DNA from: Vairimorpha necatrix
Taxonomy: Eukaryota
NCBI GenBank assembly: GCA_036630325.1
Contig: CP142732.1
Span: 992,001 to 1,056,000, forward strand
Length of the DNA: 64,000 nucleotides
Direction of reading: 5' to 3'
The position numbers and the translations under genes are program-made. Each line of letters begins with the position of its first letter. Position 1 is the stretch's first letter. Positions 47,847-60,008 of this stretch are shown in pieces. Under the pieces are notes generated by a model. The model was not told where the DNA came from. It saw only the letters and a list, made by a program, of their open reading frames with translations, and searched no databases.

Positions 47847-48293
47847 TGGGGTGAAAAAAAAACATTTTTTTAAAAATGAACATTAAATCAAAATGAAAAA
47901 AGTCAAATAAAAATGATATATTTGGAGATCTGTCGTAGACAACAAACTTCTTTAGCACAAAACACGGCCAAAATTATCATGGCGATATTTTTTCACGTTC
48001 TAATTTTATTAAAATTTAGTATCTGTTCAGTTTGCCATCTCTTCGCCGTCGTTTAATTTATAGCTAGTGAAGTTCTTTCCTACCTTAATTTATCTAGCAT
48101 CTCGCAGATAAGATCCTATTACTAAAACCAAAGAAATGGCCTAATAATGGTCTTAGTAAAAGTCATAAATCCATTAAAAAACAATATTTAAAACTTCAAT
48201 AACGAAATTAAGACAAAATAGAACAACCCTCTGATGATAAATAAGCATTTTCTTTTAGGTTATAGAAATAACCTGAAACATTTTTTAAAATTC

Positions 48294-48364
48294 GGGCGTT
48301 ACCGAGAATCGAACTCGGGTCTCATGCTCCCGAAGCACGCATCTTACCACTGGACTATAACGCC
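48294..48364 (-). tRNA. tRNA-Pro (CGG)
   Basis: GGCGTTA/TAACGCC acceptor stem, A-box TAGTCCAGTGG, anticodon arm CGTGC-TTCGGGA-GCATG, T arm CCGAG-TTCGATT-CTCGG. Confidence 0.95.
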
Positions 48365-48421
48365 ATAAAAAATAAAAAAATTATAATAAAAACAATCCCT
48401 TTAATATTTTGCTAAATTATG

Positions 48422-50314
48422 TCAATTTGTATAAGCAAAAGAATTTTGGTATGTAATACCACATTTCTCTAAAGTTTTTTGTACTATTATTGTACATAAA
48501 TCTCTTCTTTTTAACTTATCGTTAAATTGTTGGAAATTAGATGTGTGTTGAATGTCTAAAACTAAAGAAACATCATCTCCAGAAATCTCAAATGATCTTA
48601 GTATGACGTCACCTGTAAAATTTTTATTATCTTCTAAAAATGCACTTTTTAACTTATCTCGTAATTTTATAGCATCGGCAAACTTTGTCGATTTATCAAT
48701 TTTAAGCGTAAGCGACTCGGATTGCCTTCTACTTCGTCTTAAGTTATAAATAGATTTACCAAATAATACGGGTGTAGGAATATATACGGTCTTACCATTT
48801 AAGTCTACGAATGCAGATGACAATACATCTGTTTTAATGACTACATACTCTTTATCGTCTATAATAACTCTATCTCCAACATCATATGGATCTTTAATCA
48901 ATAGAAAAACAAAACAATTATAAATTTCCTTGATTGTATCACTAAAAATCCAACTAAATGTAAAAATTATAGGACCAATAGAAGCCAAATAAACTTCATA
49001 ACTAATTCCTAAAAGAGCGAGGAGGAAAAGTATGCATCCGTAGGATCCAGCACTCGCTAAAATCAAATCTAATTTGTCAAAAATACTTTCTCTGTCTTGT
49101 AAAGTCCTCATCATGTTCACACGCTCTTGTTGTAAATGAACAGCTTCGTCTTGTATTTTGTCAAAATCTATAGGTCCAGGCTTTCCGTCTGCAATTTTTT
49201 TACCAGACAAATATTCATAAACTTCTTCGGGATTTTCTGGGAAATATTTTTCAATATCTTTATATTGTAGCTGGCGTATTTCAAAATAAGCAAATATCGA
49301 TTCTACTAAGTCTTTGGCATCATTTTTCGAATTCAACTTAATATCGTTATGTCTAATATAAAAACCTGGGTCAAAATCATTTACCATACTCCCAGCCAAA
49401 TCTTCTCTACTACTGGGATTGGCTTTTGAAAGAGTTACAAGTTTTTTAAATACGAAAGTTTTATAATTTATGTCCCAGATTCGATCTCTATAGTTACTTC
49501 TTCTAATTTCTGAAGTACAATAATTTAGGAAAAATTTTTCTATAAAAAGTACGAACATCCAAATTCCATATCCAATTAGTAAAGTCATAAACAAATGATG
49601 AGACGACAAAGATTTTTGAAACCATTTGTAATCCTCAAACAAATAATTATGAATGCTATAAATCAAAAAACAGACTAATGCATTAGACCAGTAAAAATTT
49701 GTGGTAATTATTATTTGTAGTATTTGAATGGTTAATTCGTCAATTGAAACATGAAAAAGATTTAAGACGGATAAAACCGGGTACAAGATGTTTTCAGAAA
49801 TACAGGATACAATAACGTATACAATGTAAATGCAAGTAATAAAAATGTACATTTGTACAAAATTGTCTATGGGATCACTTTCAGTTTTAGCACTAAAAAT
49901 TTTTTTTATGAATTCAAATTCTAGAGTTATACCTTTTTTAAGATATAAAATTGTAATGGGAAATACAAGAAATAAAAAGGAGACTATCAGACATTCTCCG
50001 AGAACTCTAAGAATGACGGGAATTCCTTGACATTTAGAATTTAGATATCTATTTAGGTATAACCAGCCAAAATCAATTTCTTCGATAACATCTTTTTTCT
50101 TAAAAGCTCGAACTTCTTCCTCTGCCTCTTCGGGCTGTTGGTTTGGGTTTGAAGCTATAATGTCAACAACAAGTTCTTCTTTTTTATCAACTTCTGGTGT
50201 ATTTTCAACCTTTGATTGTTCTTGGTTTTCTCCAGTTTTATTTTTGTCTTTATTATCTGCAGAATCATTTGGTGTTTTTGGTGCGTTCATGTCGTTTGCT
50301 TTTTTATCGGACAT
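48422..50314 (-). CDS. MscS-family mechanosensitive ion channel
   Basis: Multi-TM. FIFSDT-like, FVFLLIKDPYDVGDRVII, VYIPTPVL, IYNLRRS. Confidence 0.9.
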   Translation of the reverse strand: MSDKKANDMNAPKTPNDSADNKDKNKTGENQEQSKVENTPEVDKKEELVVDIIASNPNQQPEEAEEEVRAFKKKDVIEEIDFGWLYLNRYLNSKCQGIPVILRVLGECLIVSFLFLVFPITILYLKKGITLEFEFIKKIFSAKTESDPIDNFVQMYIFITCIYIVYVIVSCISENILYPVLSVLNLFHVSIDELTIQILQIIITTNFYWSNALVCFLIYSIHNYLFEDYKWFQKSLSSHHLFMTLLIGYGIWMFVLFIEKFFLNYCTSEIRRSNYRDRIWDINYKTFVFKKLVTLSKANPSSREDLAGSMVNDFDPGFYIRHNDIKLNSKNDAKDLVESIFAYFEIRQLQYKDIEKYFPENPEEVYEYLSGKKIADGKPGPIDFDKIQDEAVHLQQERVNMMRTLQDRESIFDKLDLILASAGSYGCILFLLALLGISYEVYLASIGPIIFTFSWIFSDTIKEIYNCFVFLLIKDPYDVGDRVIIDDKEYVVIKTDVLSSAFVDLNGKTVYIPTPVLFGKSIYNLRRSRRQSESLTLKIDKSTKFADAIKLRDKLKSAFLEDNKNFTGDVILRSFEISGDDVSLVLDIQHTSNFQQFNDKLKRRDLCTIIVQKTLEKCGITYQNSFAYTN

Positions 50315-50411
50315 ATATGTTTATCGTTTCTAAAACATTTATTTATAAATGAACCAGTAAATTTTTTTTAAATTAAATCGTCACAAAAAAATAAAAGATA
50401 AATTGCTTTAT

Positions 50412-51485
<1,074 letters not shown>

Positions 51486-51667
51486 TTAGGGGAGAAAATA
51501 GAAAGCTAAAAAGTGGACTGATATTTGAAAGGATAAAGATAATATTCAAAAAAAAACATTTAAGACAATTTAAAAGTTAAGTGTCATATTTAAAAAAATA
51601 TTATAAAAATTAATAAACTTCTAATAATAAAATAAAGTTATATTGATCTAATAGTATTAAAAATAAT

Positions 51668-52939
51668 TCATATTTTTTTTATTATATTTTTTTCTACTTT
51701 TCCCAATTTACACTCACTTACTTTCGCTCCAAATCTCAAAGTACTTATTGTTTCATTTCTTTGATTAATATCTCCATTTATATTTAAAATCATGGCCACT
51801 CTGCTTTTACCTGTAAAATATTCTTGTAACGTATGTGTTAATTTAGAATTTCTATATGGCACATGAGAATCTTTTCTCAATATTGACATAAACACATCAC
51901 CAAGAGAACTCAGACTTTTATTTATATTCTGCGTCTCTTTAAGTCTTATTCCTTCGACTTTGGAATTATTAAGTCTTTCTGATCCAGCGAGATCAATAAA
52001 ACAAAGATCTCCCGATCGTATTTCATTATGATTTTTTATCTCTATCTTTAAATTACAAATCAAATGACTTCTACTTGAATGTTCATTGCAATTAGTTTTT
52101 CCTGTTATTCTATTATTCAATGTTTTATTGATGACATCACATGCTTCATACAAATTTTTAAGCTCAATGTATTCTCTTTGTTTGCTTTCTTTATTGATTA
52201 AATCTCTAACTTCTTCGTTATAAATTTCTATACTGGAAAATTTTACTGTTATTTCTTCATTTGTCATATTTTTTAGACTATAAATCATGTCTAAAGATTT
52301 ATAAATAATACCTGGTTGTTCTTTAGTTCCCAACATAGTGAATGTTTTGCCACTTCCTGTTTGTCCATACGCAAAAATGCATATTTTGTATCCATCGTAG
52401 ACACTTTCGATTACAGAATAAAATTCTTTGAAAATGTCATCTTGGTTTTCATTAGGTGTGAAAATTCGATCAAAATTAAATTTTAAAAATTTGTTATTAT
52501 AAGGAATTTGGATTTGTTCATTGCAAATTTCAATGTCTGATTGGTTGTCTGTGCGTCGAATTCTTAAAAATACGCGTATTGATCCTTTTAGATCTATAAT
52601 TTCGTTTTGTAAATTTTTTATTTTTAAAAGATGTAATTTTTTTTCATTTTTTATTTTTTCTAGTTCGGCTTTTAAAAATTCGATTTCTTGTATATACAAG
52701 GAATTATCTTGTATAATTTTGCTCTCGATCTCGTTTTTTATCATAAAGTTTTTATTATTTTCAATTGTAATGATTTTATTCTTTAGAAATTCTATTTCTT
52801 CTAGTAAATCTTTTTTATCTGTTTTTTCTAATATTGGATTTTTAGATGCAGTCTCGTATAAAAAATTAAAATCCTCTTGTAAGTTATTGAGAGAGTCTTC
52901 TATACATTTGAAATATATTTCCATGTTCTTACTCGTCAT
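51668..52939 (-). CDS. Kinesin-14 (Kar3-like, C-terminal motor)
   Basis: Coiled coil, then neck LKGSIRVFLR, GQTGSGKT, SSRSH, DLAGSE, HVPYRNSKLT. Confidence 0.93.
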   Translation of the reverse strand: MTSKNMEIYFKCIEDSLNNLQEDFNFLYETASKNPILEKTDKKDLLEEIEFLKNKIITIENNKNFMIKNEIESKIIQDNSLYIQEIEFLKAELEKIKNEKKLHLLKIKNLQNEIIDLKGSIRVFLRIRRTDNQSDIEICNEQIQIPYNNKFLKFNFDRIFTPNENQDDIFKEFYSVIESVYDGYKICIFAYGQTGSGKTFTMLGTKEQPGIIYKSLDMIYSLKNMTNEEITVKFSSIEIYNEEVRDLINKESKQREYIELKNLYEACDVINKTLNNRITGKTNCNEHSSRSHLICNLKIEIKNHNEIRSGDLCFIDLAGSERLNNSKVEGIRLKETQNINKSLSSLGDVFMSILRKDSHVPYRNSKLTHTLQEYFTGKSRVAMILNINGDINQRNETISTLRFGAKVSECKLGKVEKNIIKKI

Positions 52940-53127
52940 TTTAAAGGGTAAATTGTTGCACTTAGTAAGAAATAAAAAACCGTTATTTTTTTTAATAAAT
53001 TAAGGAAAATTTTAAAATTCATCTGTCATTAAATCAGCCTATATCATATTTTAAATTTGTTTATGATTGAATATTAAATCCAATGTATATTTTTTTTTTA
53101 ATAAATTTTTTTGTTTACTCCCCTTTC

Positions 53128-53772
53128 ATGAAATGCACAGCTTGCCAAGTTGAACTAGTAGACAATCTTAAAGAACATTACAAATCAGATTTACATAAGT
53201 TAAATGTACAAAGACAAATGTATCACATTCCTCCTATAAGTAAAGAAGAATTTGAACTAGAAGGAGCAAGTTCCGATGTTTCAGTTGACATCAGTTTGGA
53301 TACCAAAGAATTTAGTAGAGAAATTAAAAATAAAAATGAAAATAAATTAAAACAAAAAATCGTTACAGAAATTTGTTTGTTCTGTGAGAAAGAAGAATCT
53401 TTTGAGCATTACTTAGAGCACGATTTAAATGATAATGAGATTTCTTATCTACTGAATAAAACTTGTTATGTGTGCAACGAAGGATTCACAAATAAACCCG
53501 GTCTAAAAAAACATTTGCAAGATGAAAGCCACCGAACAGCAGTCATAAAAAATAAAAATTTAGTATTAGAAAACGGGAAAATTATTTATAATAGAGGTAG
53601 GAACATAGAAAACGAACAAATAGTTAGATCTGCGCCTAGAAATACAGAATTAATAAATTTTAAACCAAAAGTCGAAAATTTCGAAGAAAAAAATCAAGCT
53701 GAAAAAAATAAATTGAAAACTTCTATGAATATGAATTCGCAAAAACATTTCAGACCGGACTGGATGCAGTAA
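53128..53772 (+). CDS. Rei1/ZNF622-like C2H2 zinc-finger pre-60S factor
   Basis: CTACQ...HYKSDLHKLNVQR...PPIS, CLFC, CYVC...H...H, C-terminal QKHFR. ATG 53128 after CCCC. Confidence 0.8.
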   Translation: MKCTACQVELVDNLKEHYKSDLHKLNVQRQMYHIPPISKEEFELEGASSDVSVDISLDTKEFSREIKNKNENKLKQKIVTEICLFCEKEESFEHYLEHDLNDNEISYLLNKTCYVCNEGFTNKPGLKKHLQDESHRTAVIKNKNLVLENGKIIYNRGRNIENEQIVRSAPRNTELINFKPKVENFEEKNQAEKNKLKTSMNMNSQKHFRPDWMQ

Positions 53773-53784
53773 AAAAATAAAATT

Positions 53785-54600
53785 TTAATTTTTTAAAAAA
53801 TAATATCCCGATTTACTACCACTTTGATTTTTCTCAGTTTTTTGATTATTATCATGTAAAGCTCCTTCTCTTTCATATTTTATTTCTGGTACATGTTGAG
53901 ATTCCATTAATTTTTTCCAATAACCGTGCCCAGTTTTAATAATTTCCAAAGTGAAATGTTTGTCCATAAATTTCCCATGAAGACCGAAAGTGTTTTCTGG
54001 TTTCCCGTCTGGGATTTTATAATTTTTAAACCAATGAATTGTTGATTCAATATAATTCGGGAAATATTTTTCAATATCTTCGCTTGTATTAATTTTTTCT
54101 GCTAGTGGGTCTTTTACGTCAATGACTACTATTTTCCAGTCGCATTCGTTGTCGTCAATCATTGCTAAACATCCCAATATTTTCCCTTGGTAAACTTCTC
54201 CTATGTCTTTTTGTATAGAACTAAAGTCTAAAACATCAAGTGGGTCGTTGTCTCCTTTTTTCTGAGTGTACCCGCAGATGGCATCTTTGTCTTCCCAAGT
54301 TTGAGGCAGAGCTCCGTAGTTCCACATATAGCCTTTAAAAGGAAAGATGTTTTCTACAAATCGCAAGTTGCCTTTTTTAGTGTCTTGTTTTATTGGATTG
54401 AGACTTATGTCTTTGATTATTTCGAATTTCCCATTTTCAAATCTCGGTATTTCATTAATAACGGTAACGACATTTTCAAATTCGTGTTGAAATAAATCAA
54501 TAGAATGAAAAGGTGAGATTATTTTGTCATTATGAGTGACATACACAGTGTAATCTGTGGTATATTTTGTACCTAAAGTGTGTGTAGAATACTCTTTCAT
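53785..54600 (-). CDS. IPP1: Inorganic pyrophosphatase
   Basis: ISPFH, EIPR, NPIKQD, NYGALPQTWED, GDNDPLD, DWK. ATG 54600 after CCC. Confidence 0.95.
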   Translation of the reverse strand: MKEYSTHTLGTKYTTDYTVYVTHNDKIISPFHSIDLFQHEFENVVTVINEIPRFENGKFEIIKDISLNPIKQDTKKGNLRFVENIFPFKGYMWNYGALPQTWEDKDAICGYTQKKGDNDPLDVLDFSSIQKDIGEVYQGKILGCLAMIDDNECDWKIVVIDVKDPLAEKINTSEDIEKYFPNYIESTIHWFKNYKIPDGKPENTFGLHGKFMDKHFTLEIIKTGHGYWKKLMESQHVPEIKYEREGALHDNNQKTEKNQSGSKSGYYFLKN

Positions 54601-54862
54601 TTTTAGGGCGAAATATTTTGTAATAAAAAACAACAAAAAAGTGACAAATCATCGATAAAGAGCGTATTAAACAAATAAACAAAAGCACAAAACAATTTTA
54701 AAAATGAGAACCATCAAAAAAAATTAGTGCAAAAAAACTACAAAATCTAAGATTTTTTTTTAATTTATATATTTTTAAAATACAGGGGTTCACTCATTTT
54801 TGTCTTGTAATTTTAGTTAGTTAAATTTCTTACTTATTTTTTTAGTTTTTTTTGCCCTCAAA

Positions 54863-55171
54863 ATGGAAACAGTAAAAAAAGAAACAAAAAGAATAATTCC
54901 AAAACCAGACATAGTCCCACAAGACATTATCAAAAATATTCATACATCTGAGAAAGCAATGAGAAATGTAGAAATGCATAATACTTTGGTACTTATAGTA
55001 GATAAGAAATTTAATAAGAGACAAATAAGAAATGCTGTCACTAAATTGTACGGGTGCCCTTGTATAAAAGTGAACACCCTCATTGACTTTAAGGGAAGAA
55101 AAAAGGCCTACGCCAAACTTAAAAATGACGGAGATGCCATTAAAATCGCAGGACAATCAGGAGCTATTTAA
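54863..55171 (+). CDS. RPL25: 60S ribosomal protein L23a/L25 (uL23)
   Basis: TSEKAM...NTLVLIVD...NK...KVNTLI...KKAY. Confidence 0.93.
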
Positions 55172-55189
55172 ATAAAATTTTTAATTTTA

Positions 55190-56083
55190 CTAATTTTCTG
55201 TTCTGGCTTTGTACCACTCTAAAGATTTCTCGTCTTGGGTTTTTTGGGATTTTTTTATTTTAAAAGAAAAGGTTTTTATTTCTTCATGAATAACGACTTC
55301 CGGGACTTTTATATCTTCATTTTTATCTTCTTCATTTTGATTATATCTCCTGTACATATCATTTATAACTTTATAATATTCTTTATAATCCAAATTATTA
55401 TCATTTTTAAAAACTCTTTCTCTTAGCGACTTTTCTAATACTTGAAAATTATAATCTTTACATTCTGGTAAGTTAATTAGAATAATAAACAAAATGAGAT
55501 TACCAACATTTTTATATTTTAAAGCGAAAAGCCACGTCTCTTTAAAATTAAATTTTCCGCTACTAAATAAACTCAAAATTTTATCTCCGCCTTTATTTGA
55601 TATCTTATAAATAATAATGATCAATTTTACCAGTAACTTCTTGTTTTCTAATAAAATCTTCTCTTTATTTTTCTTATCGGCCATGTTTAAATTAAATATT
55701 AAATTTTCTAAAAATTTTATAAAATTAATAAAATCAAAATCAATTTTTTTTGATTTAATACTTTTGATCACCTCGTTTACCTTAAAATCAATTAAATTAG
55801 AAAGACTTTCAAACACATAAGGCGGATCTCGAAATCTTATAGAAGGATGATTTAAATCATAAAGAGATAAAAGAAGTCTTTCTACAGACCAAGGTTGTAT
55901 TTTTAATCTTCTAAGTTCCAATAAATATTTTAAAATTTTAGAATCATTTCGGATGTTTCTTCGCTCAATTTCTAATAAAATTTTTAAATTTATACGATTT
56001 GAAGGATAAATTAATTGCAAGGAAGATTTAAAATCATCATCTGATAAGATTGAAAGATCTTTGAGCTCTCTAAGGCTGTACAT
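55190..56083 (-). CDS. Hypothetical protein
   Basis: Intact 297-aa ORF with CCCATG start in the compact gene block. No motif recognised. Confidence 0.7.
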   Translation of the reverse strand: MYSLRELKDLSILSDDDFKSSLQLIYPSNRINLKILLEIERRNIRNDSKILKYLLELRRLKIQPWSVERLLLSLYDLNHPSIRFRDPPYVFESLSNLIDFKVNEVIKSIKSKKIDFDFINFIKFLENLIFNLNMADKKNKEKILLENKKLLVKLIIIIYKISNKGGDKILSLFSSGKFNFKETWLFALKYKNVGNLILFIILINLPECKDYNFQVLEKSLRERVFKNDNNLDYKEYYKVINDMYRRYNQNEEDKNEDIKVPEVVIHEEIKTFSFKIKKSQKTQDEKSLEWYKARTEN

Positions 56084-56670
56084 GGGTAAAATTTATTGTA
56101 TTATTAAATATTTATAAAAAATATATAAATAGTGAAAAATAATTAAAATTAACTATAAAATCCATTTAAAAAAACAGAAAACATTTTTAAGTCAAATTTG
56201 AAATATTTTATTATTATATCTTAAGGGGTTAGAAAAAATAAATAAAATTCGTTTTTTTTAATTTGTTGGAGATTTCGCAGTGTAAAATTTATACAACTTA
56301 GATCATTAAATATTTACAAAAAAATCAGAATAAAATATCCTGATTTTTTTAATCAATCCCATGTGTTTTAAAATTCTATAGGCTCTTTATTTTTTTTAAT
56401 TTTAGATTATTATGATTTAGAACAAATCATCAAAAGAAATTTCTTATATTTACTCATCTTATACTCATTTCTTATCTAAATGTAATTTTTAAACTATCAA
56501 TAATCTGATATCAAACATTTGAGATTGATTCATTTTAAATTAAATTACAGTCCGATTTGTATAACAAATCTCTTTTTGTAATCAAATTTTAGATCTCAAA
56601 TCTATATTTTCAATAATAAGCCTTTATTAAATATAAAAAATAAAAAAATACATCAATAAGGATTAAATTA

Positions 56671-56997
56671 ATGAAACGAACTAACGACATTGATAATTTA
56701 TACAATGGGAAAATTAAGTTTTTTAATAATAAAAAAGGCTATGGATTTATTATTTGCGACCAGATCGAACAGGATATTTTCTTTCATTTTACTTCTATCA
56801 ATAATTTACATAATGAATTGTATATAATGACAGATATGATTTTGACATTTCATTTAATGAAAGGAGCGAAAGGCTTTTACGCTAAGAATATCGATTTTGT
56901 GGAGTCTGATAAGAACAAACAAGCGACATATTATAAAAAATTTATTCTATTTCTCGGCGGAGTAATAAATGACGAAATAAAAAATAAAAAAAATTAA
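56671..56997 (+). CDS. Stand-alone cold-shock domain (CspA/CspD-like) protein
   Basis: GKIKFFNNKKGYGFI (RNP1), DIFFHFTSI (RNP2), KGAKGFYAKNI. Confidence 0.85.
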   Translation: MKRTNDIDNLYNGKIKFFNNKKGYGFIICDQIEQDIFFHFTSINNLHNELYIMTDMILTFHLMKGAKGFYAKNIDFVESDKNKQATYYKKFILFLGGVINDEIKNKKN

Positions 56998-57749
56998 TAT
57001 AAATGAATTTGTATCATCTAAACACATGTAAAGTCTAAAATGCCCTGATTTCTTTTTTATATGTAATTGTTATTTTTAGTTTCGTATCTGCAAGTCTTTA
57101 CTGATGTAATGATGATTAAAAATAACTTTTAGACATAAAAAAAAGTCGTATTAAGAGCGCGAAAAAAGAGCCACAAGAATTATGACTAGATAAGTATGTA
57201 TATATAAGAAATTCTTGGGGAAACATTAACAAAGCAATTAATGTCCAAAAAACTACTCTTAAAATTATAACAACAATATGTAAGATACAATAACGCTTCA
57301 TAAGTTAAATAAAAAACTGTTATGCTTGAAAAGGAACTACAATAATTTCTACAACAATGTGCGTCATATTTATGTCATAGATATGTAAACTTGTTATGTA
57401 TTAGTTATGTAATCCAAAATAAAGGAAATAAACCTATCTAAATATAATATATTCGAGGTCGACAATACCATTACCAAAAAAAACATAAAATTAAAATTGA
57501 TTATTAAATCATCAAATTTATTACTTCTTTTTAATTGTGATAAATTAATATTACCGAAACTTAATTGAATTTTTATCAATAAAAAATATTCTAACCAATT
57601 TTATATCCTATAAATGAGATATTAAACACGGCTTTATATTTAATAATATACAATAAACCAGAAACTATTCATTAAAAACCAAGAAATAAATCTTAACTAA
57701 GATGATTTTGAGATTAAAAAACAAAAAAGTAATAAAACGCACGTAGAAA

Positions 57750-58760
57750 AGAAATTATTCGTAAGAAAAATATTATCCGAAAGTAAATTTTTAAATTAGA
57801 AAAATATTTACATTTCAGAATTTTAAAAACATATACGATTTCTAAAAAAATATTTAAAAGGAAAACAATATATGTTTTGACTCAAACCATACAGACTTTA
57901 TGTATAAGTCGATTTTTTTTGTACCTGAGATGGCATGGTAAACAATTAATCGACAAAACAAATGTTAGGGTTAAGTGGACAAATTCAAGCTGATTCAAAA
58001 TATAGAAATTTAAAACGATACATAAAGTGCCGGAAGGCTTGAATATTGTAAGTTAAAAAACATGCGTCAACTTTAATACGCATTTAAAAAATCGAAAGAC
58101 AGGTTTAACGAAACATCTAGTGCAGCATTAAGCCAATACAAATTAATGTAACATTGATCTTAAAACTAAACCATCCAATATCATTCTAATTTCACAGTAT
58201 ACGCTGCTTTCTTGGTATCAATCTTAAACTTCTTCTAAATATCCATGTTGTACTGTCGAATAGACCTTCCCATAGTATCAAGCCCATTATGTTTGACATA
58301 GTTAGGCTTTACAAAGTCATTTTCACAATATCATGGGCCTTTTTATGGTTCTGATATGACTTATTGGTGCGTGCGCAGTGGAAATTAGTTATATTTACAT
58401 CTCTTATTCAATTGTAAGTCGTATTTATGTTTTTTTACCGTATCTGCCTCATGCAGATTTCTTAAATCAAAAATTTTTAAGCATTTATGGTACTTCTCAT
58501 TACAAGTAATATGTCCTGCTTATTATACTTTATTTTTATACTTGCTTCCGTCGACTTGTATCTGAATTTGTTCTTGAGCTATACACTTTGGCCGAGTTGT
58601 CTCTGATTCTTTTAGCGTAGGATCATCCTTTCGTCTTACACAACTGTAATTTGAGCGCACAGTGCCGCCTCATAAAATCATTTGCAAGCATACAATCACA
58701 CTGAGTAGCCATATGTTTACTATATTTTTGGTTTATACAATGAACTAAGTATATTCTTGT
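57750..58760 (-). mobile_element. Possible degraded DNA-transposon (Merlin-like) remnant
   Basis: GC-richer, stop-riddled block with weak minus-strand motifs (KRIRDNS, TTWIF). Confidence 0.25.
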
Positions 58761-58842
58761 AATGTACCAAGTGAATAGTTTGATTTTACATTAGAAACAT
58801 ACAAGCTGATGTTTTATTTTAAAAAATTTTTAATATTACCGT

Positions 58843-59886
58843 ATGCCTTCTGAGGAAGAATTCTTGAACATCTTAAAGAAAAAAGAGCCAGTAAAACTAA
58901 CGTATGACAGCCCATTTAAAATCAAATACTTTTTTCTAAAACGCTCTGACCTACAAATTTACTTAAAATCTAGACTTGATAGTTCAAAAACAAGCTTCAA
59001 AGATCTTTTGAAAAAAGATTTCAAGCCAGCCAATTCTCAATGTAAAGAATCTTTCTACACATATGGAATGATTTATGTCAATTCAGAAAAAGACTTGTAC
59101 ATTTATAATGACAAATTGACAGTTAAACTAAATTTCGAATTTTTTAGACGTTATTCTTTATTCAACGGCCAACTTGTGGCCATCAAAGGTAAAAACTTTG
59201 GGAACAACGAATTAATGGTAGAAAATGTGCACTGTATGCCTTGTTTAGATTACGAAGAAACAAAATCTAATTTAAACTGTACAATTAAAATTATTGGCCA
59301 ACCATCAGAAAAAATAAATTATAAAAGTGATATTGTCATTTTTATAGGATGTGATGTACCAGAAAACTTGAAGAAAGACAACTCGGCTGCTTACATTTTA
59401 CACATTCCTACTATGGAAGAACAAGATTGTATAGAAATGTATCCTATGAATCCAAAACCAAATGATAAAAATATTTGTGTTTCATTAAATAATCCTTGTT
59501 CGTTTAAAATAAATGAAAAGCTTTTTTGTGTTAACACGCTGAAAGTTCTTGACTTGTTAAATGACATGGAAATAGTGGAAAATGAAAATATTCCCAAAAA
59601 TGATCCTTGTGGAGATTTACTTTTTTCTGAAGATAAAATACAAAGATTGTGCTATCACCTGATTTTTCAAAGATCTTTTTTGCCGATTTTAGACGTCAAA
59701 AAAGTCAAGTATGATTTCTCATGTCTTCATATGCCCGTGGCTCCAGATTTTTATATAATTCGCTCTGACCTATTTGATCCTTTTTGTAGAGACGTAGGGC
59801 CTACTAAAGTTATAAATATTGGTACTAAATTTAATTGGGATATAAATATTTCTGGAAAAACAACAAAAATGGATTTATTAAATTAA
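58843..59886 (+). CDS. POL12: DNA polymerase alpha subunit B (Pol12)
   Basis: YSLFNGQLVAIKGKN, NNPCSFKINE, RLCYHLIFQRSFLP, PDFYIIRSDL. Confidence 0.85.
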   Translation: MPSEEEFLNILKKKEPVKLTYDSPFKIKYFFLKRSDLQIYLKSRLDSSKTSFKDLLKKDFKPANSQCKESFYTYGMIYVNSEKDLYIYNDKLTVKLNFEFFRRYSLFNGQLVAIKGKNFGNNELMVENVHCMPCLDYEETKSNLNCTIKIIGQPSEKINYKSDIVIFIGCDVPENLKKDNSAAYILHIPTMEEQDCIEMYPMNPKPNDKNICVSLNNPCSFKINEKLFCVNTLKVLDLLNDMEIVENENIPKNDPCGDLLFSEDKIQRLCYHLIFQRSFLPILDVKKVKYDFSCLHMPVAPDFYIIRSDLFDPFCRDVGPTKVINIGTKFNWDINISGKTTKMDLLN

Positions 59887-60008
59887 AATTTAATTTTTAA
59901 AAATATAAATTTTTTTTATATTTATTTTAGTTGAGTAAAAATTTTTATTTGTTATATTTAACTTAAAAATTACAGTATTTCATACAAAATTCAACTAAGT
60001 TTTTTTTT

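Noticed and set aside
48018-48028. U2 snRNA-like AGTATCTGTTC
   Set aside because: Lacks the GTGTAGTA context and a correctly spaced stem I; too short to support.
57195-57225. YIRNSWG papain-like motif
   Set aside because: Short stop-bounded frame with no catalytic Cys/His context.
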